Below are positions 1-10,019 of a DNA stretch of 64,000 nt, piece by piece; the first letter of the stretch is position 1; the number at the start of each line of letters is the position of its first letter. This DNA comes from Nemertoderma westbladi. Lineage: Eukaryota; Animalia; Xenacoelomorpha. The translations under genes and the position numbers were made by a program. The stretch spans positions 62,001 through 126,000 of the forward strand of contig JAUCBJ010001088.1 in assembly GCA_032718475.1 (NCBI GenBank), written 5' to 3'. The notes under the pieces are model-generated. The model ran no database searches and had not been told where the DNA came from. It saw only the letters and a list, made by a program, of their open reading frames with translations.

Positions 1-1127
1 TTATGTCCACCAAAGTACACATACAGAAAAATAGCTTTTTATGTCCACTAAATACCGGTACAGTAATGAAACGGCTTTTATGTCCGTTAAAACATCTATA
101 GAGTACTTTGCGGGGAAAAAATGACTAGCTAATCCCGCAAAAGCTTTTACACCGCTCCCAGAAAATGGGATTTAATTCTATAAAATATAAAAAATCACAG
201 TTTCTCAAATATAAAAATACTCTAAACAGTTAGTTTTTCTTGCGCGGACGGCGTTTACGCAGTTTTTTGAGGCTAGCAAGAGTCCTTTTCTCTTTGGGGC
301 GAGCCACTTTACTATGAGGGCTGTAACTCCTGGGTGAAGGGTGCAATACAATTGCATCAGAAGGTTTAGGATTATGGTCGGTGTCTCACCCATTTCGATA
401 TGCTTATCCTCGAGCTGATTTTCCTCCGCTTATCGTTGGATGCGTTCGTCCAAAACTCTTGCAGAGAATAGGGTCGTCCAAGTTCGATATCCTCTTAGAG
501 ATTCTGAATTTCCTGATCGAACTGAGATAAAGTTAATTCGTTTATCGCTTGGACTTGCTACTGCAATTTACGTTTCTCTAAACCATTGTAGGTTCATTTT
601 CAGATCTTTTGATGAATAGTGTCCAACGCATTTCGTATAACTCTTTCCTCCGCCTCGGTGACAGGTTGTATCGGGTTAAACAGGGACGATGATGGGACGG
701 CGTCCCAATCCGACTAAGTAAGATGGGTGAATATTTAAGGGAGCCCACAACCGGAGTGCCACCGACTAACTGTTCGGGTAACGTAACACTAGATCTTTGA
801 ACAGTGAGTACAGTTCGAGAGGATCCATGATACTATTAGGATCAAGAGTCATGAGGTCTAAATAGGGAATGATGAGGTCTGACCGAGTATTCTGGTACTC
901 TGATCATAGGTTTATTTAAGGATCGCTTGAGTCGAGCGAGCGTAGGTGATACATCGAACAAGTTTCGCTCAAAACTCCCGTAAATATAGCGAGTAAAACC
1001 GTGTTTAAAGCAACGTCTCCGCGGATGTTTATGTCTTTCCGCTTATTGGTTGGGTCCCGGGCATTCATTGCAATAATACCAAAGACGCACGTCTTGTAGG
1101 AGAAACGCGGGTGATATTTATTCGGTT

Positions 1128-1574
1128 TTACAATGTTTCTCTTAAGAATTCCAAATATACGTTGGAGTTACCGCGTTTATCCGGTTCTTTAACGTCTTCT
1201 CTTTCGAGTCGATTTCGAATAGAATTTTCGCATTCGATTCTCAATTTATCGTTCCGACTCCGCTGGGTATGATATTTAAATAGGACCATTTCCCTTACGG
1301 TGTCTATATCGTCCGTATCGTGTAGGTCGATAGGATGACCAGTAGTTAAGAAGTCCCTATACGTACCATTACGATGCGTATAGCGAGCGGTGAATTTTCT
1401 ATAGTCCAACTCACGCGTGAGCTGCTCTTGGGACATTGGCGGTTCGATATAACGACCATCGTCCTCTGCAGCAGTTGGACCAGCATCGCCGCGTATTAAG
1501 CTATCAACAAACGCCTGCAACGGTAGAGTATATCGTTCCCTGACACCAAGATCATCTTCTATCAACTCAGTCAT
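1128..1574 (-). other. Unassigned 148-aa ORF, possibly decayed TE coding sequence downstream of the Bel-Pao element
   Basis: ATG-initiated ORF in a moderately GC-rich block (about 400-1800). No motif recognised; flanking coding-like sequence is broken by stops. Confidence 0.2.
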
Positions 1575-1920
1575 ATCTGCTATATGAGTTTATTAATATT
1601 ATAATGAGTTTATATTTAGGCGAGCGGGCGTCGCTGCCTACCCCTCTCTGCCCCCGGACAGTGCGAGATCCTCAGCGCTGGTGTACTTTTGCCGATGTGC
1701 CTATCGCCAACGTCGTAGCTGCACAACGACTACAACAACCAGCACGAGTCACTCCACCGTCCGTCCCAAAGGCTTAGATATACTTCAGGTTCTTCCATTA
1801 ATTAATGGAATTTTGGGAATATTATAAATTGTATAAAAATAACAATTTATTGAATTCATTAAAATATGAATTTAAATTTATTCCCGTAAATTTTATTATT
1901 TAATGTTAAATAGACACAAT

Positions 1921-2180
1921 TTTATTCCAGAACAAGTCTGGGGACTGGGATCCTTGATTCTAGGGATTTGTCCTTTTAAGAGTATCGGTAAGTGCTACGA
2001 TATCTTAATCGACTATAATTTTAAAGGATCTAAAATTTGACCGATTTTGTAAATATTAATAGTTAATATTTAGGATGGGCACCAGTTTATTCCAGAACTT
2101 ATCTGGGGACGTTAACCACTGATTCTAGAATTTTGTCTTTCAAGTATATTGGTGGGTGCCGCGATATCTTAATCGACTAG
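1921..2180. repeat. Imperfect ~95-bp direct repeat, 2 copies ~165 bp apart
   Basis: tttattccagaac..tctgggga..tgattctag..ttttgtc..cgatatcttaatcgacta occurs at ~1921-2015 and ~2087-2180. Confidence 0.7.
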
Positions 2181-2404
2181 AATTGTAGATGGTCAAAGGG
2201 TTTAACAGATTTATTTTGCGTTATACGCTACTGTTAAAGGGACATCACGCTACTATATGTATTATTTAATATACGGTATGAGAGCAATATCACACGAAGC
2301 AATGTCAGTGTGAAGAGGCAAGTCGTTTCCAAGGTCTACCCAGAGCTTGGTTTAGCTGAGACACGAGGATCTGAACTTTGCATTCCTAATACTCTGCCTA
2401 CCAA

Positions 2405-2703
2405 TAATACTTGAATATAGTAGTGGCTTTATTGTACTTTGATAAGTACAGACATTTCATCTTACTGTAGTTACGTATTTGTAATGTAATACGGACAGTA
2501 AGGAAAGAGAAAAAAGAATTATTTCTCGCCGTCGCACTAAATATATAATATATAAGTAATAAACGCGAATATATATTGCACTAAATAATTGCTAAAATAA
2601 TATTCTACTAAATAAAATTAAAGAAAACGATTATAATGAAATTACATAATAATACATACAGAATATAAAATAATAAAAATAAATATAAAATAATATAGTC
2701 ACA
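2405..2703 (-). mobile_element. Putative 3' LTR of the Bel-Pao element
   Basis: On the minus strand a purine-rich GGAGTGGGTG directly after the pol stop is followed by TGTGAC, and an AATAAA lies near 2430. There is no second LTR to compare, so the end is uncertain. Confidence 0.3.
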
Positions 2704-2721
2704 CACCCACTCCGTATGTTG

Positions 2722-3249
2722 TTACGTTATGGAGTCCCTATATATTTGTTGGATTAGGGAGGTGGTCGTGGGAAGAGTATCTTGCCTTCCATAGTTTCCG
2801 GACAGTTTTCGGTTTCTTTCCAGTAAACATAAACGACCAGCTGGGCGATTGAGTTGTTGGGTTACTTTCTCCGCTCCCTTGGCCTGTCTAATCTTAGCCG
2901 GGGTAAGATGAGGAGTCCATTCATCTTCTTTACTTAGGAAGTCGGGTCCACCTAACCACGCTGGAGTATCTATCAGTTCTTGAGGAGTTGCTCCTCTGGA
3001 AGCGATGTCGGCTAGATTGATCATCTCGGGACAATGTCTCCATTGATCTACATTGGAGTTGATATCGTCATTATCTGAGGAGTATGGTGTTCCCTCAGTT
3101 GGGTCGTCAACTTCACTGCTCTCCACTTCCCGTTCACTTAATTGATATACCTGTTCTTTCGGTAATCTTTCCATGAGAGTTCTACGGGAAGGGCCAGTAA
3201 AGTACCAACCCACTCTAGTTCTTCCCGCATAAGCTTGTAGTGGTTGCGG
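2722..3249 (-). pseudogene. pol: Bel-Pao pol remnant (mini-pol) with RT/RNase H and integrase deleted
   Basis: In frame with gag after one TAA. It joins the protease tail (RTRVGWYFTGP), the post-RNase H motif (QWRHCPEMINLADIASRG...WLGGPDFL) and the extreme pol C-terminus (NRPAGRLCLLE). Confidence 0.75.
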
Positions 3250-6200
3250 TTAAGCAGGCCGTTTCTCTAATGTCTCGAGCGCTTCATGCGCATTTTGACC
3301 GATGAGTATTTGGACTCCAGGGTAATCGGTGTTGAATCTAGGTATTTCAAGCTGCTGGGTGAAATCGTCCTCATCCCAGTTATAAGGTTCCACTTGGCTG
3401 GTAGCGAAGTTCTTTATCGCCTCTATTTTTACTGACCTTATACTATGTTCTCCTAGTTCATCCTGGGGTGTGGACAATGCGCCTACATAATAATCCGCTG
3501 TTACGGTAGATTTCCAAACTTGCATTATTCCTGACATGTTTAGCTTAGTTCGGTATTTGGGTTGTCCAGCAAAGATGTCCTCGGCTAGTTCTTTGTCGAT
3601 GAATGTTCCTGTGCTACCGGAGTCAAGGAGGGCGTTTACTATATAACTCCTTTGAGGTCCGTGGACCCGTAACTGGACTACAGGAAATTCTCGGATCCCT
3701 ACATTGGAAGTTGGCGCTTTCCAAGATGGTTGTTGATTAGAAGTAGTTAGGGTGAGGTCGCTGTCTGGGACTTTTTCATACATGAGTGCTCGATACACTG
3801 CGGTATTTATCATGTAACAGGATTCGTTTTCGTCAGAGAACTCGTCCGTATAGAATCCTTCCATCTCAGAACTTTGGTCAGTGTCGTTCACATCACTGAA
3901 TTGGACATGTAATTCGGAATCACTCACCTGACCCTGGCTGTTTCGCTCGAATTCAGTGTGCAACAAGATATGATGCTTCGCGCCGCACTTTGCACACCTG
4001 GTGTCAGAGTAACAGGTTCGCCGTTGGTGTCCTTGTCTGAGGCAATTATAACACAACCGCTTATCCCACATGACTTCCCGTCTCTCTGTTAATGATTTCT
4101 TTAGGAATTCATCACACATATTCAAACGGTGGGTCCCGTCACATAGCACACATTTCGGTTTGATGTTTCTTACCTTATTTTGAATAACATTGTGCACACT
4201 CGTTCTTTCTTCGGGCTTTCTCACTTGAATTCTCTTAGGAGACGTGGTTCGAGACTTGAATTTACTTACCTGTTCTTTAGGTGTTTTATTGACATAATAA
4301 GATCTTTCAGTATCTTTCCCGCTATCCTCTCCTTGAGAGGTCTGGCTTTCGCCGTCGTCGGTATAACATACTGGTGTTACCTTTCTCTTAGAAACGGGTT
4401 TCTCACTTACCTTACTTTCCGATGTCTTCTCTCTGGACTGCTTTATGAGCTGTAATTTCACCTCGCCATCCAGGAATGACATGAGATCAGCCATGGTAGG
4501 GTCTCGTTGTTGTTGTTCCATCATATATAACACTTTCTTGTCCCAGCGTGTACCTACTCCACCTTTCGGTAAAGTAGAAGTCACTGCTCTAATAACCATA
4601 GCACTCTGATACTCATGAGACTTACCTAGCCAATCTAATTGTCGGCAGATCTCCTGAATCTCATCGGAAAACTCGATAATCCCGCTGCTAATAAACTTTC
4701 GGGGCGCTACCAACTTTGCATACAAATACCCAGCTATGTTATTCCTATTACCATACCTGAAGTTTAGAGTATCCCAAACTTGTCTTAATCCATCTGGATG
4801 TCCAACAAATTTTAACGCCATTAACTTAGGAGGTCCTTCCAAGCATTCGATGAGGTATCTGAGTTTCTCTCCGTTAGATAGCACAGAGTTCTGTATGTTA
4901 TCTTTATAATATTCATTAAAAGGTAACCATTTCATCTCATCTCCATTGAACTTGACGATCTCTCCCACCTTTACCGCTTGACGGGCTTCGGTTCTAGCCA
5001 TTTGACGCGTAAAACTTTCTTGGGCCATCGTGTTATTTAATATCGAGTTATCGGTATATAAATTTCTCGGATTATTATCAAGTCTATATGGGATATCATT
5101 GTCAACAGGTTTATAATTACCCTTAATAGGGTTTACTATAGGAGTTTCTACTTCGCTAGCAGTATAGATGCGTGTAGGCTCCACACCTTGCGCATGAGAT
5201 ACTTCAGACCTAACGGGCTGACACATTGTTACAGAGGGTGGTGATATACCCTTTTGTAAATTTACTAATTTATAGCGTTCTAGCGCGATACTTTGCTGCA
5301 CTTCTTGCAACTCTAACCTACTTTCCTTTACAGTTCCCTTTAACTGTTGAACAGTCCCTTCTAACTCTCGGACCTGTTGGGAGGAGCGCACTCGATTCTC
5401 CTTCATCTCTCCGAGGAGAATGTCCATCCCCCGCCGTCTCTCGTCTACACAATCAACCGCCGAAGCGGGATCCGCCAACGTCGTAGCGGGCAGACGAGGG
5501 ACTACGGGCGATATATCCTTTATATTTCGCTCGGAGTCCAGGACCGACACTGTTTCAGGGGCTGCTCCTCTAGGCACGGATAATTTGGTGCTGTGTAAAG
5601 GGAATTTAAAGGTAGGTTCTGGGAGTACAGGTGTCTCTATCACCGAAGGGGTGATTTCAAGAACAGGCCTAATTATTTCAGGCTCATCTACTATAGTAGG
5701 GAGTCTTTCTATTTTAATTATTTGGTCTGTGGGTTCTGTACTACCTAAGCCTGCGCTAGTTAGTTGTCTTTTAACAGCTGGCGGCAAATCAGGCAATTTC
5801 TGACAGTGAGATGTTCTTCTACATCTGCTTAGACGAGATCTATTTCCTCCGCCTTCAGCATCGGTGGTATCGCCTTCTTCAGATGATGTATATCCCTGTC
5901 TTTTGGGAGTAGATCGATTCATCATCTGCATATTACTAGCTGTTAACTGTTTACTGAAGTTATCTTGCTTCTCTTGAAGATTTTCCAACTCTAGTTGGGT
6001 TGTCTCTTCAGATGCCCTCCGTTCTGCTTCTGCCACTGCTATTTTTCTTTCCGCTTCGGCCGCTGCCGCTTTTACCTCTGCCGCTGCCGCTTTTCTATCC
6101 GCTTCTACTGCCGCAGCTGCCGCTTTTGCCTCTGCCGCTGCCGCTTTTGCCTCTGCTGCTGCCTCTGCCGCTTTTCTATCCGCTTCTGCCGCTGCCACTG

Positions 6201-7392
6201 CCGCTGCTGCTGTCTTTCTATCTTCTATACGTTTTTTCTTTTCTTGTTCTTCTTGGACTCTAGCGATGCGGAGTTGTTCATCAAATTTAGCTTGGTTCGC
6301 AGCTATCCTATCCACATCGATTGCGTCCAACACAAGCTTGGCTCCTTCACTATTAGGGCTAAGTCCATCCAGCCATCTCCTCAACTCTTCGTCCCCTACA
6401 AAGCGTTGATAGTCTGACAGATAGATGTCAATAGCATCCCTCTTATGCGGTTTCTCTGCTGTCGCTTCACTTTCCACTTGGGAAAAGGTAGCGTCTGTGG
6501 ATTCTCCAAGTGTTGAGCGCTCATCTAACTGCGATTTCCATGGGGCAGCTCTTTGAACTTGGAGACTCACCCGCTGTAACCAGGTCTTTACGGCAACTTG
6601 CAACGACGTGTCTTGCTTTCTTTTCGAAGCCTCCTCAAAGGCAGATAAGATTAGTCTGATTCTTAGAATTCTTTCTCTAACTTGATAAAGCAGCTCTCCC
6701 TGCTCTTGAGGTCCTTGTGGTTGTCTAAACAGTTGTTCTTCTAATCGCTCCATAGAGCTGAAGAATCCCTGCACGTATCCGGCTGCTGACCTCTTCCATA
6801 CAGCTGGATCGATGGTTTCCTTTGTTACTCCCATCCTGTGTATGTCTTCCCAAGCAGCTTCCGATAAGTCAAACGGTAGTCCGGGTCCGGGGAAGCTCCA
6901 TTGCGACTCGACAATAGACTTCAGTTCTTCCCGTGTATATCCCGCATAACTATCCTTGGTTGATCGCTTACTTCTCGTCCAATCAATCTGGTGTTCCTCC
7001 ACCGCAATCAATACCCTGGTGAGTACGGCTGCAGGGAGGACGAGAAGGGGATCCGAATAAACCGTATCCGCTATCTTCGCTCCGCGTTCGGGCGTTAGCT
7101 CAACAGTATCCGAACTACTGGAGCTCTCGGGCCGCTGAGAACTAGGTTCTTGGCTAGGAGGTTGCTGCTGTTTGACAGCTGCTTCTTGATCCCGCTTAAC
7201 TTGGGCCCGAGTACCGATGATAGACCTACGGTGTTGGATTAGCCTAGGGTCTGATATTACTACAGGAGGGATGACCTTCCTCACAGTAGGAGGTGATCTG
7301 AACTTAGGTCTAGACTGTTCCACACCCCTATCTGAGTCGCAGATAGTTACATCTAATAAACTGTCTGACAGGTTCTGCTTAGTATCAGACAT
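3250..7392 (-). CDS. gag: Bel-Pao LTR retrotransposon Gag-protease, ~1380 aa, uninterrupted
   Basis: DUF1759-like region (KFNGDEMKWLPF...EKLRYLIECLEG), three Bel-Pao zinc knuckles (CVLCDGTHRLNMC, CYNCLRQGHQRRTC, CAKCGAKHHILLH) and aspartic protease LLDSGS. First ATG is at 7392; the ORF track starts at an upstream GTG. Confidence 0.9.
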   Translation of the reverse strand: MSDTKQNLSDSLLDVTICDSDRGVEQSRPKFRSPPTVRKVIPPVVISDPRLIQHRRSIIGTRAQVKRDQEAAVKQQQPPSQEPSSQRPESSSSSDTVELTPERGAKIADTVYSDPLLVLPAAVLTRVLIAVEEHQIDWTRSKRSTKDSYAGYTREELKSIVESQWSFPGPGLPFDLSEAAWEDIHRMGVTKETIDPAVWKRSAAGYVQGFFSSMERLEEQLFRQPQGPQEQGELLYQVRERILRIRLILSAFEEASKRKQDTSLQVAVKTWLQRVSLQVQRAAPWKSQLDERSTLGESTDATFSQVESEATAEKPHKRDAIDIYLSDYQRFVGDEELRRWLDGLSPNSEGAKLVLDAIDVDRIAANQAKFDEQLRIARVQEEQEKKKRIEDRKTAAAAVAAAEADRKAAEAAAEAKAAAAEAKAAAAAVEADRKAAAAEVKAAAAEAERKIAVAEAERRASEETTQLELENLQEKQDNFSKQLTASNMQMMNRSTPKRQGYTSSEEGDTTDAEGGGNRSRLSRCRRTSHCQKLPDLPPAVKRQLTSAGLGSTEPTDQIIKIERLPTIVDEPEIIRPVLEITPSVIETPVLPEPTFKFPLHSTKLSVPRGAAPETVSVLDSERNIKDISPVVPRLPATTLADPASAVDCVDERRRGMDILLGEMKENRVRSSQQVRELEGTVQQLKGTVKESRLELQEVQQSIALERYKLVNLQKGISPPSVTMCQPVRSEVSHAQGVEPTRIYTASEVETPIVNPIKGNYKPVDNDIPYRLDNNPRNLYTDNSILNNTMAQESFTRQMARTEARQAVKVGEIVKFNGDEMKWLPFNEYYKDNIQNSVLSNGEKLRYLIECLEGPPKLMALKFVGHPDGLRQVWDTLNFRYGNRNNIAGYLYAKLVAPRKFISSGIIEFSDEIQEICRQLDWLGKSHEYQSAMVIRAVTSTLPKGGVGTRWDKKVLYMMEQQQRDPTMADLMSFLDGEVKLQLIKQSREKTSESKVSEKPVSKRKVTPVCYTDDGESQTSQGEDSGKDTERSYYVNKTPKEQVSKFKSRTTSPKRIQVRKPEERTSVHNVIQNKVRNIKPKCVLCDGTHRLNMCDEFLKKSLTERREVMWDKRLCYNCLRQGHQRRTCYSDTRCAKCGAKHHILLHTEFERNSQGQVSDSELHVQFSDVNDTDQSSEMEGFYTDEFSDENESCYMINTAVYRALMYEKVPDSDLTLTTSNQQPSWKAPTSNVGIREFPVVQLRVHGPQRSYIVNALLDSGSTGTFIDKELAEDIFAGQPKYRTKLNMSGIMQVWKSTVTADYYVGALSTPQDELGEHSIRSVKIEAIKNFATSQVEPYNWDEDDFTQQLEIPRFNTDYPGVQILIGQNAHEALETLEKRPA

Positions 7393-7432
7393 GTTTGTTT
7401 GCACAGTTGAATGCCTACTGCTATACTACAGT

Positions 7433-9969
7433 CTAAGCAAGAACACTAGAAGCAGCATGTTCTAATGAGCTGAGGAGCCGTTGGGCTCCCTGTAATGATT
7501 CTGAGAGTACTCCTAAGTCATCAGCAAAGTCTAGATCAGTTAGGTACTTGGCAGGATTTCCTCGACTTCTGGAGCCAGTAGGTGGAGTTATCATCACCCC
7601 ATCATCATTATGATGATCTAAGGACATGCGTAGAACATAGTCAACCACAATAATGAACAAGAATGGTGCAAGTGTGTCTCCTTGGAGGACGCCCCATAAC
7701 ACTTCAAATGGTTCTGTGTCACCGTCAACAGTAGACACAAATGTTGTCGAACCATCGTATACTGATCTGATTGCTGCAATAATTTCATCAGGAATCCCAT
7801 ATAATGAAAGTATGCTGAACATACGTGAGCGAGAGACTGAATCAAAGGCCTTGAAGAAGTCAACAAAGATAACAGCCAGATGCCTGTCTTTCTTTTTTGA
7901 TAATTCTTCAATTATCCTTCTAAGTGCCAAAATGGGCTCCATGGTCCCACGACCTTTACGGAACCCATTCTGATTTCCACGGAGCAGTCTCTCAATGGGA
8001 TCCCTGATGCGATTTAATAGAATCCTATTGTATAGCTTTGCAGCAATCGAGATCAAAGAGATTCCCCGAAAAGAACCATAGAGTGTTAGGTTGCCCTTCT
8101 TGGGAACTGGCACTAACTTATTTGTTTTCATTTCTTGTGGGACTCTTGTTGTACGGTACATGTCTACTATGATGGGATAGATGAGCTTTAAACACTCAGG
8201 TATTTTAAAGACCTCAGGGGGAACACCATCTACTCCACTGGCACGATTGGTCTTAATGCTCTTTGCAGCAGCCTTCACTTCTGCAAAGGAGATATCGCCA
8301 ATGGGAATATCTGGGAGTACAGACTCAGACACCTTTACTTCTATAAAGTTATCAGGCAATACCCTGTCATTATTGAGGAGCTTTTCAAAGTGGGCTTTCC
8401 AACCATTGAGGCGATCGGCTGGTGATTCAGCCTTAACCTTGGTGGTTGGTTGGCTTTTCCGCCCAGTAAGCAGATTGATCGATTTCCATGCCTGGGATGA
8501 TTGCCTGCTGTCGTCAGCATCATTGATGGCATCAACCTGTTGGTTTATTAGCTCCTGTAGATTAACAGAGTACTGCCTGTTCAGGGACCTAGATGCAGCC
8601 TTAACTGCATTCTTGGCCGCTGTAGTCTGTTTGAGTCGGGACTCTTTCTGCGCCTTATGAAGGTCATTTCGGCACTTTTGAATTTTGTTGTCAGTCCAGG
8701 GGGCCCTTTTCCTGTTTCGAGGGTATAGAGGAACTGTTTCTGCAGCTGCTAACTTAACTGTTTCTGTAAAGGCAGTATAGCCCTCACAGTGATCTGCCGC
8801 CTCAGAGGCAAGAGCCTCATACCTGTTGCTCAGCTGTAGTGTGAAGCTGGATCTCACACTTGGCTGTTGCAACAGAGAGGACCAGTCATGCCGTGGCAAG
8901 GCAGATTTCGTTGTTCTGCTAGCACGCAGACTAAGTCTTACCTTGGCCACAATAAGGCGGTGATCACTGGAGAAGGGTCGAAGTGTAAATGCATTACAGT
9001 CTTGTATAGAGCTCCTGTATTTCCTACGAAACAGAATATGGTCTATCTGGGACTTGTGACCACTGGGTCCACTATGAGTCCATAGCTTTCCAGTTCGCTT
9101 CTTGAACTGGGTTCCAGCCGAAAACAATCCATTTCCAGAGATAAAATCCTGAAGATGGACAGAATTTCGGTTAACACTACTGCTATAGACCCAGGGCGAT
9201 GTAGGTGATTGATGCAGACTTGCATTAAAGTCTCCCAGGAATGTTAAGAATTCATGCTGATCCACTCCATCAGTAGCTGCTTGTAGATTGTGGTAGAAAT
9301 TTTCCACCTCCTCTACAGTGGCAACACTAGTTGGAGAGTAGCACACAATCAGAACCACCTTAGGAAACTTCTTAGCCAGTCTTCCAGAACATGAGAAGTG
9401 GCAACGGATGATGCGGTTAGAGATTTGGTCTATTTTGTCCAATGCTGCATGTGCAGTTGGATTCATCAATAACCCATTGCCACTATCATCTGCTGACGCG
9501 AGGGCGAGTCGCCAACCGCCCCCCATGTCCTTAATCAGAACCTCATCATTCTGTCCAGTCTGCATTCGGTGCTCTTGAACACCCACTGCGCTAAGAGAAA
9601 GCTTATCTGCCAAGGCAGTCAGCTCACCTTGTCGCATTGGGGACCCGAGTGTTAGGGTGTTTACTGAGGCTAGTCTAGTGACTTGCCTCAGATTCACCAA
9701 TGGCTTTGTTGGTCGGGGTGGAACATGAGAGTAGCCTCCAACTCCAGAATCCCTCTCCCCATCACAATCTGGCCTCCCTGGTGACCCAGGGTTTGGGCCA
9801 GAAAGGTCATCAGGAAAGGGACTCAAAGAATTGTTGACTGCTCTCTCTCTCCAGTAGGGGGTGAGACAGGCAGCCGGTCAGGAGTTAACTGACGCCTGTG
9901 AGGCCGATTGTGTCCGGTAATTCCACTGGCCTCTAGTGGCCGGACCTCCGCATTGCTAATGTAATCCAT
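7433..9969 (-). pseudogene. RTE-clade non-LTR retrotransposon ORF (APE endonuclease + RT), 3'-truncated
   Basis: EN motifs (NTLTL, VGVQEHR, YSPT, GDFNA, IDHIL, SDH) and RT motifs (QNGFRKGR, FVDFFKAFDSV, GVLQGDTLAPFLF, DLDFADD). Likely ATG at 9969 with a frameshift at a (GA)n run near 9845. Ends abruptly after AASSV at ~7440. Confidence 0.9.
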
Positions 9970-10019
9970 AGTGGGGGTTGGGGGGTGCTTTTTTGCCGAG
10001 TCAGCTCTCGGGGCAAATA

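Noticed and set aside
4180-9225. Antisense ORFs over gag and the RTE ORF
   Set aside because: Shadow frames of the real coding strands.
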